IMG/VR virus record: IMGVR_UViG_2862784999_000001 | Coordinates: 1 to 64,000 of that record | Source: a virus | Lineage: Duplodnaviria; Caudoviricetes | DNA: 64,000 bases | Direction: 5' to 3' (one strand) | Part shown: positions 17,933 to 28,020 of the stretch, in pieces | How the letters are laid out: each line of letters begins with the position of its first letter | How positions within the stretch are numbered: the first letter of the stretch is position 1 | The notes under the pieces: generated by a model | What the model saw: the letters and a program-made list of their open reading frames with translations, nothing else | Told to the model about the DNA's origin: nothing | Databases searched by the model: none | Made by a program: the position numbers and the translations under genes

Positions 17933-20900
17933 TCAGCTCGCGTTGAGTACCTGGATCAGGGCCTGCTGGCCCTCCCGCATGACCGCCGAGGCTTCACCGC
18001 GGACCCGGCCGAGGAACTCGCCGGAGTCGAGCCTGAGGTCGCCCTCGAAGCTCATCGGCCCTGACGGTCCGCCGCGTGCCGCCATCGACGTGAGGGCGTT
18101 GGCCTGAGCCGTCGTGAACACCGGCTCCGGTCGCCCGGTGCCGTTGTTGACAAGGTTGAGGCCGGGCGGGATGTAGCCGCCAGCGTCGTAGGTGCCGGGC
18201 TTGAACCCATACCAGCTGCCGAACAGACGGTCGTTGTAGCCTCGGGCCCGCGAGCCGACGACGACCCCGGCGCCGCCGCGGGATTCCACGTTGGTCTTGG
18301 CGATCGTGCCCGCCGTGTGACCCACACCCGCGTTGGTGATGCCGATCTTGAACGGGCTGTTGCCGTGGTAGACCCAGCCGGGCGGCGCCGTCTTCCCCGA
18401 GAAAGCTCCAGTCGCCCACCTGCGGTGCGGCTTCTGGCCTCGGATGACGGACTCGATCGCCGACATGAACCCAGAGCAGTCCCAGCTGGGGTTGCCGTTA
18501 CCGGCCCACTGGTACGGGAGACCAGCCTGCGTCTTCGCCCACTTCAGACCCGCGGCGATCCGCGGGCCACCGATACCGCCGGCGCCCTTGTCGTCGGCCT
18601 TCTTGCTGTAGCCGAACAGGGCATCAATGATCTTGTCGGGGATCTTGCGGATCAGCTTGCCGATCCCAGTGTCCATGCCCGGGAACTTGGCCAGCAGCGG
18701 GTTGACGACGTTCTTCACGCCCGCCCGCGCTGACGCCTCCAAGGTGTCCGTCAGCCAGGAGGCACCCTTCTTGATGGAGTTCCAGGCGTCCGAGCCGGCA
18801 CCCTTCAGTGCTGAACCGGCCGACTTGATCCATCCGAAGATGCCGCCGTCCGCGAACCGCTGGACCACGCCACCCGCGGCGTACCGCGAGGACATGTCCG
18901 TCGCCATCGGTGCGCTACCGCCGAACGCGGGCGCCAGAGCAGCCTTCACGCCCTGGGCGCCACGGCTGGAGGCGATCGAGTTCAGCGTGTTGATGAACCC
19001 GGAGCCGACCGCCCGCGTGAACTCGGGCCGCATGATGGCCTCGCCGCCCGACAGTTCAAGCGCGCCGCCCGTCGGGGAGACGAACCGATGAACGTCCTTG
19101 CCGGGCGTGTAGCCAGGCATGATGCCGCCAGAGGCGAAGGAGAACTTGCCCAGCTTCGGCGCGCCGAAGGCCGAGGCGACCTTGTTCCAGACGCCGCGGA
19201 TGCCGTTGTTGTAGACGACGTCGACGACGTACTGGACGGGGGCTTTCGCGATCCCCTTGATCTTGTCCCAGGCGACCTTGATGGCGTCTTTCGCCACCTT
19301 GAACGCGTCGGCGACCTTGCCGACCGCGGACTTCAGCCCGTCGAAGACGGGCTTGATGCCCTTGTCCCAGGCCCACTTCGAGACGAGGACGATCCCATCC
19401 CAGGCGGGCTTGAGGGCGTTCTTCCACAGCCAGACGCCCCACTTGCCGACGGTCTTCAGCCCGAGGACGAAGGCGTCGAAGAGCGGCTTGAGGACGTTCT
19501 CCCACATGATCTTCGCGCCAGACTTGATGCCGTCCCACGCAGGCTTGATCGCGTTCGACCACAGCCACTTCGCCTTGTCGCCGATCTGCTGGAACGTCGG
19601 CTGGAAGACGTTCTTCCACAGCCAGACCGCGACTGTGGCGATGCCCTGGAAGGCGGGCTTGATCGCGTTGTTCCACAGCCACATTCCGGTGGCGGCCAGG
19701 ATCTTGAACGTTGCGATGATCGGCAGAAGGACGATCACGACCAGCGCCGTGAACAGGATCTTCGCCGCCGCAGCGATGAAGTTGAAAGCGGGCTGGATCG
19801 CGTTCGTCCACAGCCACGTCGCCACGCTGGCGACGCCCTTGAAGTAAGCGATGATGAAGCCGATGTACGGCTTGATGATGTACGTCCACAGCCAGACGAC
19901 GATGTTCCCGATCCACGTGAACACCGGCTTCAGCACCGTGTTCCACAGATACAGGGACGCCGTCTTCAGCCAGTCCCAGACCGCCTGCACCCCGGCCCGG
20001 AACCAGCCGAACCGGTTGTAGGCGTAGACCACCGCGGCGATCAGGGCCAGGATGCCGATCACGATCAGCGTGTACGGGTTCGCCGCAGCCGCCGCGTTGA
20101 ACGCCCACTGGGCGATCGTCCACAGCCGCATCGCCACGACAATCCCGTAGATCAACAGGATGAACCACGGCGCCTTGTCCGCCACGATCGCGATCGCATT
20201 GGCGATCCCGCCGAGGATCTGCAGCAGGGGCCCCGACAGGGGCGACAGGGCTTCGCCGACCTGCAGGAAAGCGTTGGCTATCTTGCCGAGGGCGTCACCC
20301 AGAAGCGGCGCCTTGTCCGACGCGAAGTTCAGGAACCGCTCGAACTCCGGCGACCCCTTCAGGCCAGCCCCCCAGTCGGCGAACCGCTGGGTGATCTTCT
20401 GCATCCGCTTCGAGATGCCGTCCATGTGCGGCAGGAAGGCGTCGACGATCCCGGCCATGCCCTTGATCAGGTTGCCGATCGCGACACCGAGCCCGACGAC
20501 CGCCGGGACGACATTGCCCTGCAAGTCCTTCTTGAAGCCCTGCCAGAACGGCGACTTCACCGACCGCGACGCCCGATCCTGCAGCTCCGTGATCGCAGTG
20601 ACCGCACCCCGCACAAACGGCGTCAGCGTCGGCAGCGTGTTCCGCAACGACACCAGCGCCCGCGTGAAGATCGGCATCACGGCGGGCTGGAGCGACTTCG
20701 ACCAGTCCCCGAACGCCGACCTCAGGCCGACGAAGGCGTTCAGTGTCGCCCGCGCCGCCGGCGTCAGTTTCGCGAGTTCCGCCTGGTATTTGGCCTGCGC
20801 GATCGCCGCCTGATCGATGCCGCCCGCCGCGGACAGCGAAGCCGACTGGATCTGGCGCTGCGCCGAGGCGATGGAGTCCGCGCCCGACTGCTGCGCCTGC

Positions 20901-22867
20901 ACAACCCGCTCCTGGGCGCGCGCAATGTTCTCCGCGCCCTGCCGCTGCGCCTCCGAGACGTTCTTCTGCGCCTCAGACAGCTTCGCCTGCGCGTCCGCGA
21001 TCGACCGCGTGTTCTCGATCTGCGTCTTCGCGACGTCAGCTTGCGCCTTCTTCAACGCGCTGGTCTTGTCGATGACGGCCTGCTGCGCCGAAGCAAGCTG
21101 CTCCTGCGCCGACTTGACCGTCGCCGAGCCCTCGACGCCGGCCTTGTTGGCCGCCTTCGTGTCCGCCTGCAACCGCTTGGTCGCCAACTGCTGTTCGTTA
21201 AGCCGCTGCACCGCCCGGTCGTAGGCGAGCAGCACCTTCTGCCGGTCGAGATCCGAGGCGTTGGGGTTGTTCATCACCGCATTGCGTGCGGCCGTTGCTT
21301 CCTTCAACGCGATCTCGGCGTCACGCTCGCTGAGCTGCGAGTCCTTCAGCTGGTTGTTCAAGTCCTGCAGCTGCCGCGACGCCTCCGCGCGGGCCGCCGT
21401 CAGATCCAACTGCGCCTGACGCGACGCCTTCTGCGCCGAAGCGAGATCCTTCTCCGCACGGTCGACCTGCTCGTTGGCCTGCTGCATCCGCTCCGCGGCA
21501 GCCGCATACGCGTCCGCGAGACTGACGCGCGCAGACTTGACCTGTGCCGCAGCCTGCGCGTTCGCCTTCGCCGCGGCTCGCGACGCGTCGCTCACGCCAC
21601 GCTCGGCGTCAGCGATCTGCCGGGCAGCATTGCGCTGCGCAGTCGCCAGCGACTGCTGCGCGCCCGCCATCTGCAGCGCCTTCGACGCGCCCTGCGACGA
21701 CGCCTGACCGCCCTTGTACGTGGCGTTCGTCGCCGCATCCTGGGCAGCCTTCTGAGCCTGCAGAGCAGACCCGATGCCCTTGAATGCGGGCACCGCAACC
21801 AGCGCGATCGAGCCGATACCAGCAGCAGCCGCGACACCAGCCGCAGCGATAGCACCCAGGCCGGCGGCCACCACCGGCAGAGCCGGAATGATCGCCGGGC
21901 CAAACGCGATCGCAGCCGTGATCAGCACCTGCATGCCCGACACGGCAGACGTAGTATCGACATCCACCCGGGCCGTCTGACCATCGAGACGGTTCACCGC
22001 CGCCTGGAACGCCGCCAGTTGAGCGGCAGCCGCACCGGCATCCACGCGGACGTTGACGTCCGCGTTCTGCGAGGACAGGCGCGCCAGGCGGGCCTGGATC
22101 TCCGTGATCCTAGCCAGGGCGCCGCTGGCGTCGATGTCGATTCCGACGCGGGCATCGCGAAGGGACGTCAGCTGCGCCCGCAGGCGAGCGATCTCCACCT
22201 CGGCCGGCGTGGTGTCCGCCCCGATGTTGACATTCGGCAGAGACGCCTCAGCCTGAGCCACCGCGGCCCGCAGACGGGTGCCGAGCTGGCCGTCCGTCTC
22301 CATACGGATCCGCAGCGGGTCGGCCGACACCTCGTCGATCTGCGCCTGCAGGGCCTGCAGCTGTGCGATCGCCCGCGCCGTGTCCGCGCGCACCGCCACG
22401 TTCGGGTGGGCTGCGCCAATACGGCGCAGCCGCTCCTCGATGTCCGCGGCCTGCGCGCGCGCCGTCGCAGCGTCGATGTCGATGCCGACGGTTTTGCCGG
22501 ACAGCGACTCCAGGCGGGCCCGCAATCGGGCGAGGTCCGCATCGATACCCGTGTCGCCGAGCTTGATGTCAAGCTTCGGCATGCTGCGGAACGCTTCAGT
22601 GAGCTTCGCCCGCAGACTCCGCGCGAACGCACCACCCGTGTCCGACCCCTGCCGCGTCGCGGCCGGACGTGCCGCCTTCGCACCTTCGTTGATGCCGTCG
22701 CGGATCGCTGGCGCCAGGTGAGTGACCACCTGACGGCCGATGATCTTCCCGATCTCCTCGCCGACCTGCGTAGCCGGCGGCACAAGAGCGGCCTGCAGTC
22801 GGCCGAGGATGCCCGACGCGTTCGGCAGAACATCGACCTCGACTGAGCCGACAGAGATAGCGGGCAC
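17933..22867 (-). CDS. Tape measure protein with C-terminal NlpC/P60-like peptidoglycan hydrolase
   Basis: About 1640 aa, coiled-coil with aromatic WLW..IKP repeats; PYQWAG...WDCSG...GHT near the C-terminus. Confidence 0.92.
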   Translation of the reverse strand: MPAISVGSVEVDVLPNASGILGRLQAALVPPATQVGEEIGKIIGRQVVTHLAPAIRDGINEGAKAARPAATRQGSDTGGAFARSLRAKLTEAFRSMPKLDIKLGDTGIDADLARLRARLESLSGKTVGIDIDAATARAQAADIEERLRRIGAAHPNVAVRADTARAIAQLQALQAQIDEVSADPLRIRMETDGQLGTRLRAAVAQAEASLPNVNIGADTTPAEVEIARLRAQLTSLRDARVGIDIDASGALARITEIQARLARLSSQNADVNVRVDAGAAAAQLAAFQAAVNRLDGQTARVDVDTTSAVSGMQVLITAAIAFGPAIIPALPVVAAGLGAIAAAGVAAAAGIGSIALVAVPAFKGIGSALQAQKAAQDAATNATYKGGQASSQGASKALQMAGAQQSLATAQRNAARQIADAERGVSDASRAAAKANAQAAAQVKSARVSLADAYAAAAERMQQANEQVDRAEKDLASAQKASRQAQLDLTAARAEASRQLQDLNNQLKDSQLSERDAEIALKEATAARNAVMNNPNASDLDRQKVLLAYDRAVQRLNEQQLATKRLQADTKAANKAGVEGSATVKSAQEQLASAQQAVIDKTSALKKAQADVAKTQIENTRSIADAQAKLSEAQKNVSEAQRQGAENIARAQERVVQAQQSGADSIASAQRQIQSASLSAAGGIDQAAIAQAKYQAELAKLTPAARATLNAFVGLRSAFGDWSKSLQPAVMPIFTRALVSLRNTLPTLTPFVRGAVTAITELQDRASRSVKSPFWQGFKKDLQGNVVPAVVGLGVAIGNLIKGMAGIVDAFLPHMDGISKRMQKITQRFADWGAGLKGSPEFERFLNFASDKAPLLGDALGKIANAFLQVGEALSPLSGPLLQILGGIANAIAIVADKAPWFILLIYGIVVAMRLWTIAQWAFNAAAAANPYTLIVIGILALIAAVVYAYNRFGWFRAGVQAVWDWLKTASLYLWNTVLKPVFTWIGNIVVWLWTYIIKPYIGFIIAYFKGVASVATWLWTNAIQPAFNFIAAAAKILFTALVVIVLLPIIATFKILAATGMWLWNNAIKPAFQGIATVAVWLWKNVFQPTFQQIGDKAKWLWSNAIKPAWDGIKSGAKIMWENVLKPLFDAFVLGLKTVGKWGVWLWKNALKPAWDGIVLVSKWAWDKGIKPVFDGLKSAVGKVADAFKVAKDAIKVAWDKIKGIAKAPVQYVVDVVYNNGIRGVWNKVASAFGAPKLGKFSFASGGIMPGYTPGKDVHRFVSPTGGALELSGGEAIMRPEFTRAVGSGFINTLNSIASSRGAQGVKAALAPAFGGSAPMATDMSSRYAAGGVVQRFADGGIFGWIKSAGSALKGAGSDAWNSIKKGASWLTDTLEASARAGVKNVVNPLLAKFPGMDTGIGKLIRKIPDKIIDALFGYSKKADDKGAGGIGGPRIAAGLKWAKTQAGLPYQWAGNGNPSWDCSGFMSAIESVIRGQKPHRRWATGAFSGKTAPPGWVYHGNSPFKIGITNAGVGHTAGTIAKTNVESRGGAGVVVGSRARGYNDRLFGSWYGFKPGTYDAGGYIPPGLNLVNNGTGRPEPVFTTAQANALTSMAARGGPSGPMSFEGDLRLDSGEFLGRVRGEASAVMREGQQALIQVLNAS

Positions 22868-22889
22868 TGAGGGCCTCCCCTCAGCAGCG

Positions 22890-23351
22890 CTACGCGGCGC
22901 CTCCGTTGAGCAACTCGAACAGGGTGTTGGCCTGCAGATCCGACATCTGCTGTTTCGCCTTGACGGCCCTCGCGCCGGGCCGGCGGATGGGCTCCGGCGC
23001 CGTCGGCCGCTGCGACTTCTTCTCGGTGTTGACGCTGAGCAGCACGTACTCCAGGCGGGCAACCCGGTCCGCGATCACGGCCAAGAGGTGGTCGCTCTGC
23101 GACCAGCGGCCCTTCTCCGGTTCGCCCTTCTCCGACTGCTCCGCAAGCTCTTCATCCGACAGGCCGTTACGAAGGGCAGTCCACGTCGCCGACTCGGACG
23201 GCAGATGCTGGATGAGGACCCGCAGGCGGCGCCATGTCATGGCGCCGCGGTGCACGTCGAGGAGGTCGACACCCTGGTAGTAGCGGAGCAGGTCGGCCTC
23301 TACCGCCTCCGGGTGCGCCTCGACGACGGAGCGGGTCCACTGGATTTCCCC
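22890..23351 (-). CDS. Tail assembly chaperone, -1 frameshift extension (gpT-like)
   Basis: The -1 frame after CTG GGG AAA reads GEIQWTRSVVEAHPEAVEADLLRYYQGVDLLDVHRGAMTWRRLRVLIQHLP. Confidence 0.8.
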   Translation of the reverse strand, partial: GEIQWTRSVVEAHPEAVEADLLRYYQGVDLLDVHRGAMTWRRLRVLIQHLPSESATWTALRNGLSDEELAEQSEKGEPEKGRWSQSDHLLAVIADRVARLEYVLLSVNTEKKSQRPTAPEPIRRPGARAVKAKQQMSDLQANTLFELLNGGAA

Positions 23352-23734
23352 AGGCTCTCACCGGCCAGCGCTGCGGCCCCCTGGGAGAACTCCATGAACT
23401 CAACGATGGTGGGGTCGAGTTCGAGGTACAGCTCGTAGTCGTCCGGGTGCAGCACCGCCTGGGCGAACCCGTCGAGGTTGCCCTGATTGAGCATGCGCTG
23501 CCACGACGACCGCCACGCCGACGGCGGAATGACCTGCACCTCTTCGCCGCACAGGTCGGTAGTGACGTAGTGGCCGTCTGCTTCGATCTCCTGGGCCTCA
23601 GCCTCAGTGACGTCCGGCTCGTCGACCTCATCGGGTTCGACGTCGCGACGCGACACCGGAGGGCGGGACGCGGATCGGGCCGCGGTCCGCGGCTTCCTGC
23701 TGCTGGCGGTCGACTTGCGGGGTGTGGTGGCCAC
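23300..23734 (-). CDS. Tail assembly chaperone (gpG-like)
   Basis: Between the major tail gene and TMP; ends ...GESLGKS over the slippery GGGGAAA (23351-23345). Confidence 0.82.
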   Translation of the reverse strand: MATTPRKSTASSRKPRTAARSASRPPVSRRDVEPDEVDEPDVTEAEAQEIEADGHYVTTDLCGEEVQVIPPSAWRSSWQRMLNQGNLDGFAQAVLHPDDYELYLELDPTIVEFMEFSQGAAALAGESLGKSSGPAPSSRRTRRR

Positions 23735-23823
23735 GGCGCGGGTCTCGCTTTCTGTGATGGCGCGGGCAAGGTGCAGAGGTGGGCGGACCGGGCCCGCGCC
23801 AGCATGCCGGTCCGCCCACCCGT

Positions 23824-24411
23824 TCAGGAGCCCGAGTAGGCGGGCGTCGCGGGGATCTTGTCGACGTGGTAGACCGTGTTGCCGGCCTCGTCCGGGTAGG
23901 TGGTGATCGTCCACTCGTAGCCGCTGATCTCGTCCTGCTTGAACGAGACGTCGGAGCGGTCGTTGATCTCCCCCTGCGGGACGTAGAAGCCCTTGAAGGA
24001 CTCGCCGTCGACGACGAGGAACCAGAACGCGCGCCGGTCCGGGACGGGAGAGGCGGTCTCGGCGAACTTGGTGATGCCGTCCTCGTCCGGCTCCAGGTCC
24101 GCCTCGTCCAGCCGGTACTGCAGCGACTGGACTGCGACGCGGCCCGTCTCCCACACCGTCAGCCCGAACGTCCGCACGGACTTCGTGATCTGGGTGCGGA
24201 ACGGGGAGGTCAGGCCCCACGGCGTGAACTCCTGAGAGTCCTCGTCGAAGCCGTAGGTCAGACCGTCGTCGCTGATGGCGCCCAGCGGCGTCCACGGGGC
24301 CATAGGCTGATCGGTCGGCGAGGCGAGAGCCGGCGTGCCCACCGGGCTCACCCAGCCCCCACCCGTCGCCCCGACGAGCGAAAGATCCGAAGATCGAGTG
24401 ATGTTGACCAT
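23824..24411 (-). CDS. Major tail (tube) protein
   Basis: SPVGT...WTPLGAISDDGLT...YEWTITTYPD actinophage tail-tube pattern. Confidence 0.9.
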   Translation of the reverse strand: MVNITRSSDLSLVGATGGGWVSPVGTPALASPTDQPMAPWTPLGAISDDGLTYGFDEDSQEFTPWGLTSPFRTQITKSVRTFGLTVWETGRVAVQSLQYRLDEADLEPDEDGITKFAETASPVPDRRAFWFLVVDGESFKGFYVPQGEINDRSDVSFKQDEISGYEWTITTYPDEAGNTVYHVDKIPATPAYSGS

Positions 24412-24482
24412 GCTGTGTCTCCAGACAGAGAAGAGCCCGCGCACGGGCAGGAACGGGGGTCCGGCGCGGGCCCAGAGGACGG

Positions 24483-24875
24483 TCAGGAGACCGGGTGGCA
24501 GAAAAGCTCGTAGGTCGCTCCGACACGGCGGAGCAAGGTGTTCTCGTAGGGGCGGATCGCAGGTAGAGATAGGCAGCCGGTTCGGCCGATCACCGTCGAA
24601 TCCGAGGTCGAGCCGCGCAGTTCACGCGTCACCCAGTCGTGCACCTCGCGGGCCAACGCGATCGCGTCAGGCCTGCTCGCTGCGTACACGTTGATATCGA
24701 CGATCGGACGGGACAGCAGAAGGCCGTCATCGCCGCCGCCCGGGATCTGCTCGATCTGGATCGTCGGTAGCTCACTGAGGAGCCGGTTGTCGAGCTCGTC
24801 ACGCACGACCGCGTCCGGAAACCGGGCCGTCCCGCGGGTGATGAGCTCCAGCTCGATATCGACGAGGGCGGTCAC
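24483..24875 (-). CDS. Tail terminator
   Basis: GGGDD...RPIVDINVYA...ALAREV; synteny. Confidence 0.8.
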   Translation of the reverse strand: MTALVDIELELITRGTARFPDAVVRDELDNRLLSELPTIQIEQIPGGGDDGLLLSRPIVDINVYAASRPDAIALAREVHDWVTRELRGSTSDSTVIGRTGCLSLPAIRPYENTLLRRVGATYELFCHPVS

Positions 24876-25201
24876 TGATTTCGCCCGCCGATCTGAGCGG
24901 CCCGCAGCAGCACGTGATGCGCGCGGACCTTCTCCGTGCCGTACTCCACCCAGCGGGCGTAGTAGGCCGAGTTCGAGACCGTGGCTACAGCGCGGTCCCG
25001 GCGACGCCCGCCACGGGAAGTACTGTCCGTCGACCACGACGCCTTGTAGTGCCCGGCGGTCGAACTGCCCTCGTCGACGGGAGACAAAGCCACGGCGGCG
25101 CCCTTGATGACCTTGGCTCGGCGAAGCATTTCCGCTTCCATGCCGGGCATGCGGAGCATCTGCCCGACGCCCTTCTTTTTCATCTTGAACCTGGCAGCCA
25201 C
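24872..25201 (-). CDS. HK97 gp10-like neck/tail completion protein
   Basis: SPVD..GHYKASW...YARWVEYGT...HHVLLRAA. Confidence 0.85.
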   Translation of the reverse strand: MAARFKMKKKGVGQMLRMPGMEAEMLRRAKVIKGAAVALSPVDEGSSTAGHYKASWSTDSTSRGGRRRDRAVATVSNSAYYARWVEYGTEKVRAHHVLLRAAQIGGRNQ

Positions 25202-25216
25202 TGCACCTCCCCTCGA

Positions 25217-25597
25217 TCAGCCGGTGACGCGGTCGGCGGCGAACTGGATGACGCCGCGGGTGCCGGTGAACGGGGAGCGGCCCCAGTCGCCGGGCTCGCC
25301 CGTGATGTCGCAGACAATCCCGCGGACCTTCGCCTTGTCCGTCGTCCTCAACGGCAGGCGAGCATGGCTGGGCTGGCTGGACGGCACGTACACGGTCCAG
25401 CCGACGATGACGGTGTCCCTGGCCTGCTGCTGATCCCCGCCAACCTGCGGTGTCTCCGCTCGCGGAGTGACCACGCAGCCCACCAGGTCGAAGGACTCGT
25501 CCATGCCTGGAAGCGGCTGACCGCGCGGCCCTCGGCCGGGTGACTCGCCCCTGCGCAGGATCCGCACCGTCTCGCCGTAGGGGTACGAGCCGGGCAT
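25217..25597 (-). CDS. Head-to-tail stopper
   Basis: ETVRILR...TVY.P...D..VRG...ITGEP..W.SPFTG...RVTG. Confidence 0.85.
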   Translation of the reverse strand: MPGSYPYGETVRILRRGESPGRGPRGQPLPGMDESFDLVGCVVTPRAETPQVGGDQQQARDTVIVGWTVYVPSSQPSHARLPLRTTDKAKVRGIVCDITGEPGDWGRSPFTGTRGVIQFAADRVTG

Positions 25598-26013
25598 CAG
25601 GGGAACCCCCAGCCCGCCTCGAAGTCCTCCACGAACACGCCGTCGTCGTCGATCGGCCAGGACGCCGACGGATCCGCTGATGCGGGCGTCGGATCGACCG
25701 TGAACGCGCCACCCCGGCCGGCCAGGGACTTCAGCGCCGACTTGTCGGCCTTCGTCAGATACAGGCCGCCCGAACCGGACGGACGCTGAACCGACATCGG
25801 ACCGATCGTCTCGTAAGACACCTGCTGCGGATTCACGTAGGCCCGGCCGGCGACCGAGAGGACGACAGCCTCGGCGCCCTCAGGCAGGGGCGTCACGATC
25901 GTCTGGCAGAGCGAAGTCGCCGTCGAAACGAGAAGGTCAGCGCGGTCGCCTTGGATCTCATCGAGACCCAAGTAGAGGCCGAGCTGCTCGGCTGTCGGAG
26001 ACGTGAAAGCCAT
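25597..26013 (-). CDS. Head-to-tail adaptor
   Basis: VVLSVAGRAYVNP..SYETIGP..GGLYLTKADKSAL. Confidence 0.85.
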   Translation of the reverse strand: MAFTSPTAEQLGLYLGLDEIQGDRADLLVSTATSLCQTIVTPLPEGAEAVVLSVAGRAYVNPQQVSYETIGPMSVQRPSGSGGLYLTKADKSALKSLAGRGGAFTVDPTPASADPSASWPIDDDGVFVEDFEAGWGFP

Positions 26014-26021
26014 GACGCCTC

Positions 26022-27056
26022 CTATCGGGCCAGGCCCTCCACGGCGGAACACCACGCGGCCAGATCGGCCGCCGGATCAAGCTCGACACTGCGGGCCTTC
26101 GCCCGCTTCGACGCCAACCGGTACTCGGCAGAGGTCAGCAACTTCCGCAGCACCGCCTCGTAGCCGGCAACATCCTCGCGATCGACGAAGATGCCCGCCT
26201 CGCCCAGTGATTCGCACAGGCCCGGCGTCGGATGTGCAACGACCGGGATGCCACTCGCGAGCGCTTCCACACCGGTGCGACCCCACGACTCGTAGGACGA
26301 CGGCATGAGCAGCACGCGGGTGCGGGCGTACACCTGCTCCCGCATGTCCTCGCCGCGAACATGCTCGACGATCTCCACGTTCGGCAGGTCCGGGAGGATC
26401 TGCTCCCCGTAAGCGCCCTTCACAGCAAGGAACTGCTGATCCGGCATGCGGCGCGCCAAGGCAGCGAGCACCTTGCCACCCTTCTCCGGATTGCAGTTGA
26501 CCAGCGTGATCGCCTTCCCAGGCTTGGTCGCATACTCGCCGGCGAAGACGGGCGGGCGCACGATCAGCGAAGACTCCGGCCGAACCGACTTCGGGTACTC
26601 GGCAAAGAAGAGCTCCGCCTCCCGCTCCATCCACACCGAGTTGTAGACCGCCAGGGCGGTCCCGCCAGCTGCGGCATCCCGGAACGTCGCGCGGTGCGTG
26701 TTGTGGCAGACCACCACCAGCGGCTTGCCGTAGCCGCGGGCCAAGGACGCCGCCGACGGCACCGTCTCCAGATGGGCGAGCAGCATGTGCGACCGCTTCA
26801 CGGCGGTCGGAAAGTCCAGCCGAGACTCCAGCGGAATCACGCGGATCCCGTGGTACTCGTACTCCTTGTGGGCCTTCCCATACCGCGACAGCCACACCTG
26901 CACGTCGTGGCCACGTTCCACCAGGGGCCGCAGCATCGACACGAGCATGTGCTCCGCGCCCGCATTGTGCTCCGGCGGCATCGCGTGCACCCGGGCAACG
27001 ATCGACAGCGGCTTGGCGGTCCCGCCCGGCGCGGACACCGGGACCGCCCTACTCAC
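26022..27056 (-). CDS. GT-B fold (family 4-like) glycosyltransferase within the head operon
   Basis: GAEH..L...LVERGHDVQV; KGG; LLMPSSYESWGRTGVEALASGIPVV (Ex7E); GTG start overlaps the capsid stop (GTGA). Confidence 0.92.
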   Translation of the reverse strand: MSRAVPVSAPGGTAKPLSIVARVHAMPPEHNAGAEHMLVSMLRPLVERGHDVQVWLSRYGKAHKEYEYHGIRVIPLESRLDFPTAVKRSHMLLAHLETVPSAASLARGYGKPLVVVCHNTHRATFRDAAAGGTALAVYNSVWMEREAELFFAEYPKSVRPESSLIVRPPVFAGEYATKPGKAITLVNCNPEKGGKVLAALARRMPDQQFLAVKGAYGEQILPDLPNVEIVEHVRGEDMREQVYARTRVLLMPSSYESWGRTGVEALASGIPVVAHPTPGLCESLGEAGIFVDREDVAGYEAVLRKLLTSAEYRLASKRAKARSVELDPAADLAAWCSAVEGLAR

Positions 27057-28009
27057 GAGCCGCTCGGGGTACCGGTGAACTTCACGAACGCGTCGGCGTC
27101 GCCCATCACGAAGCCGTAGTACGCCTCCGCGAGGATCAACACCAGGTTCTCCTGGAACGCGCTGTGGACGCCGCCGTCCTCGTCCACGTAGGTCGCCTGG
27201 TCGGAGATCCGCACGGTGATGTCCATGCCCACGCCGTAGGCGGCCTGAGTCCAGTCGCCGCCGATCGCGCGCAGACCCGTGTCCGCAGACGCGGACTGCC
27301 GGCGCTGCTTGCCCGACACGCTCCGCGAGTAGGCGAGCGGCTCGCCGATCAGGGTGCCCGCCGACGCCATGTTCGTGCCCGGCGTCTGCGTGTCGACCAG
27401 GATCGGACGGCCGGTCGTGTCCGTCGCCAGCAGCAGCTTCGGCTTCAGCCGGTGGTCGGCGACCGTGCCCGTGTAGTCGTAGTCCTCGTCGACGACGAGG
27501 TCCATGCCCTTGACGAGGTCGGCCCAGATGCCGCCCTGGCCCTGCGCCGTCGTGCCCAGTGCGACGGACTGCGAGGTCATCGCCAGGTACTCGGCGAAGG
27601 GACCGGTCGCACCCTTCATCGTCTTGCCGTGGATCGCCGCATGGTCGAAGGCCCGCGCGAACGCCGTCGGCAGGTCGTTCTGCAGCTGGGAGTACAGGCC
27701 CGCCGTGTTCGTGCGGGCGACCTCCATCGCGACCGGGATGAGCACGGCGAGCTTCTTCGCCGTCATGTGCTTGACGTCGATGCCGCCGGTCGACAGGGGC
27801 TTCTTCTGCCCCTGACCGACCCAGTCGGCGGTCGGCACGTCCATCGGGATCGGCACGGACGTGGTGGCGTCCAAGGCCAGCGGCGCCTGACGTGCGAGCG
27901 CCATGACCGCGGACTGCTCCACCGACTTCTCGAAGATCGGAGCGGTGATGGTCCGCGGGAGGAGCTCCTCGGGCAGACCGGAGGTAGTGATCGGGGCCGT
28001 AGCCACCAT
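27053..28009 (-). CDS. Major capsid protein (HK97 fold)
   Basis: SAVMALA...WVGQG.KKP...AKKLAVLIPV..E...AFDHAAIHG...GGDW...FQENLVLILAE. Confidence 0.93.
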   Translation of the reverse strand: MVATAPITTSGLPEELLPRTITAPIFEKSVEQSAVMALARQAPLALDATTSVPIPMDVPTADWVGQGQKKPLSTGGIDVKHMTAKKLAVLIPVAMEVARTNTAGLYSQLQNDLPTAFARAFDHAAIHGKTMKGATGPFAEYLAMTSQSVALGTTAQGQGGIWADLVKGMDLVVDEDYDYTGTVADHRLKPKLLLATDTTGRPILVDTQTPGTNMASAGTLIGEPLAYSRSVSGKQRRQSASADTGLRAIGGDWTQAAYGVGMDITVRISDQATYVDEDGGVHSAFQENLVLILAEAYYGFVMGDADAFVKFTGTPSGS

Positions 28010-28020
28010 GATTCCTTCTC

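Noticed and set aside
19088-22846. 1252-aa plus-strand ORF
   Set aside because: Antisense shadow of the tape measure gene caused by high-GC codon bias; Arg/Leu/Val-rich with no recognisable motifs
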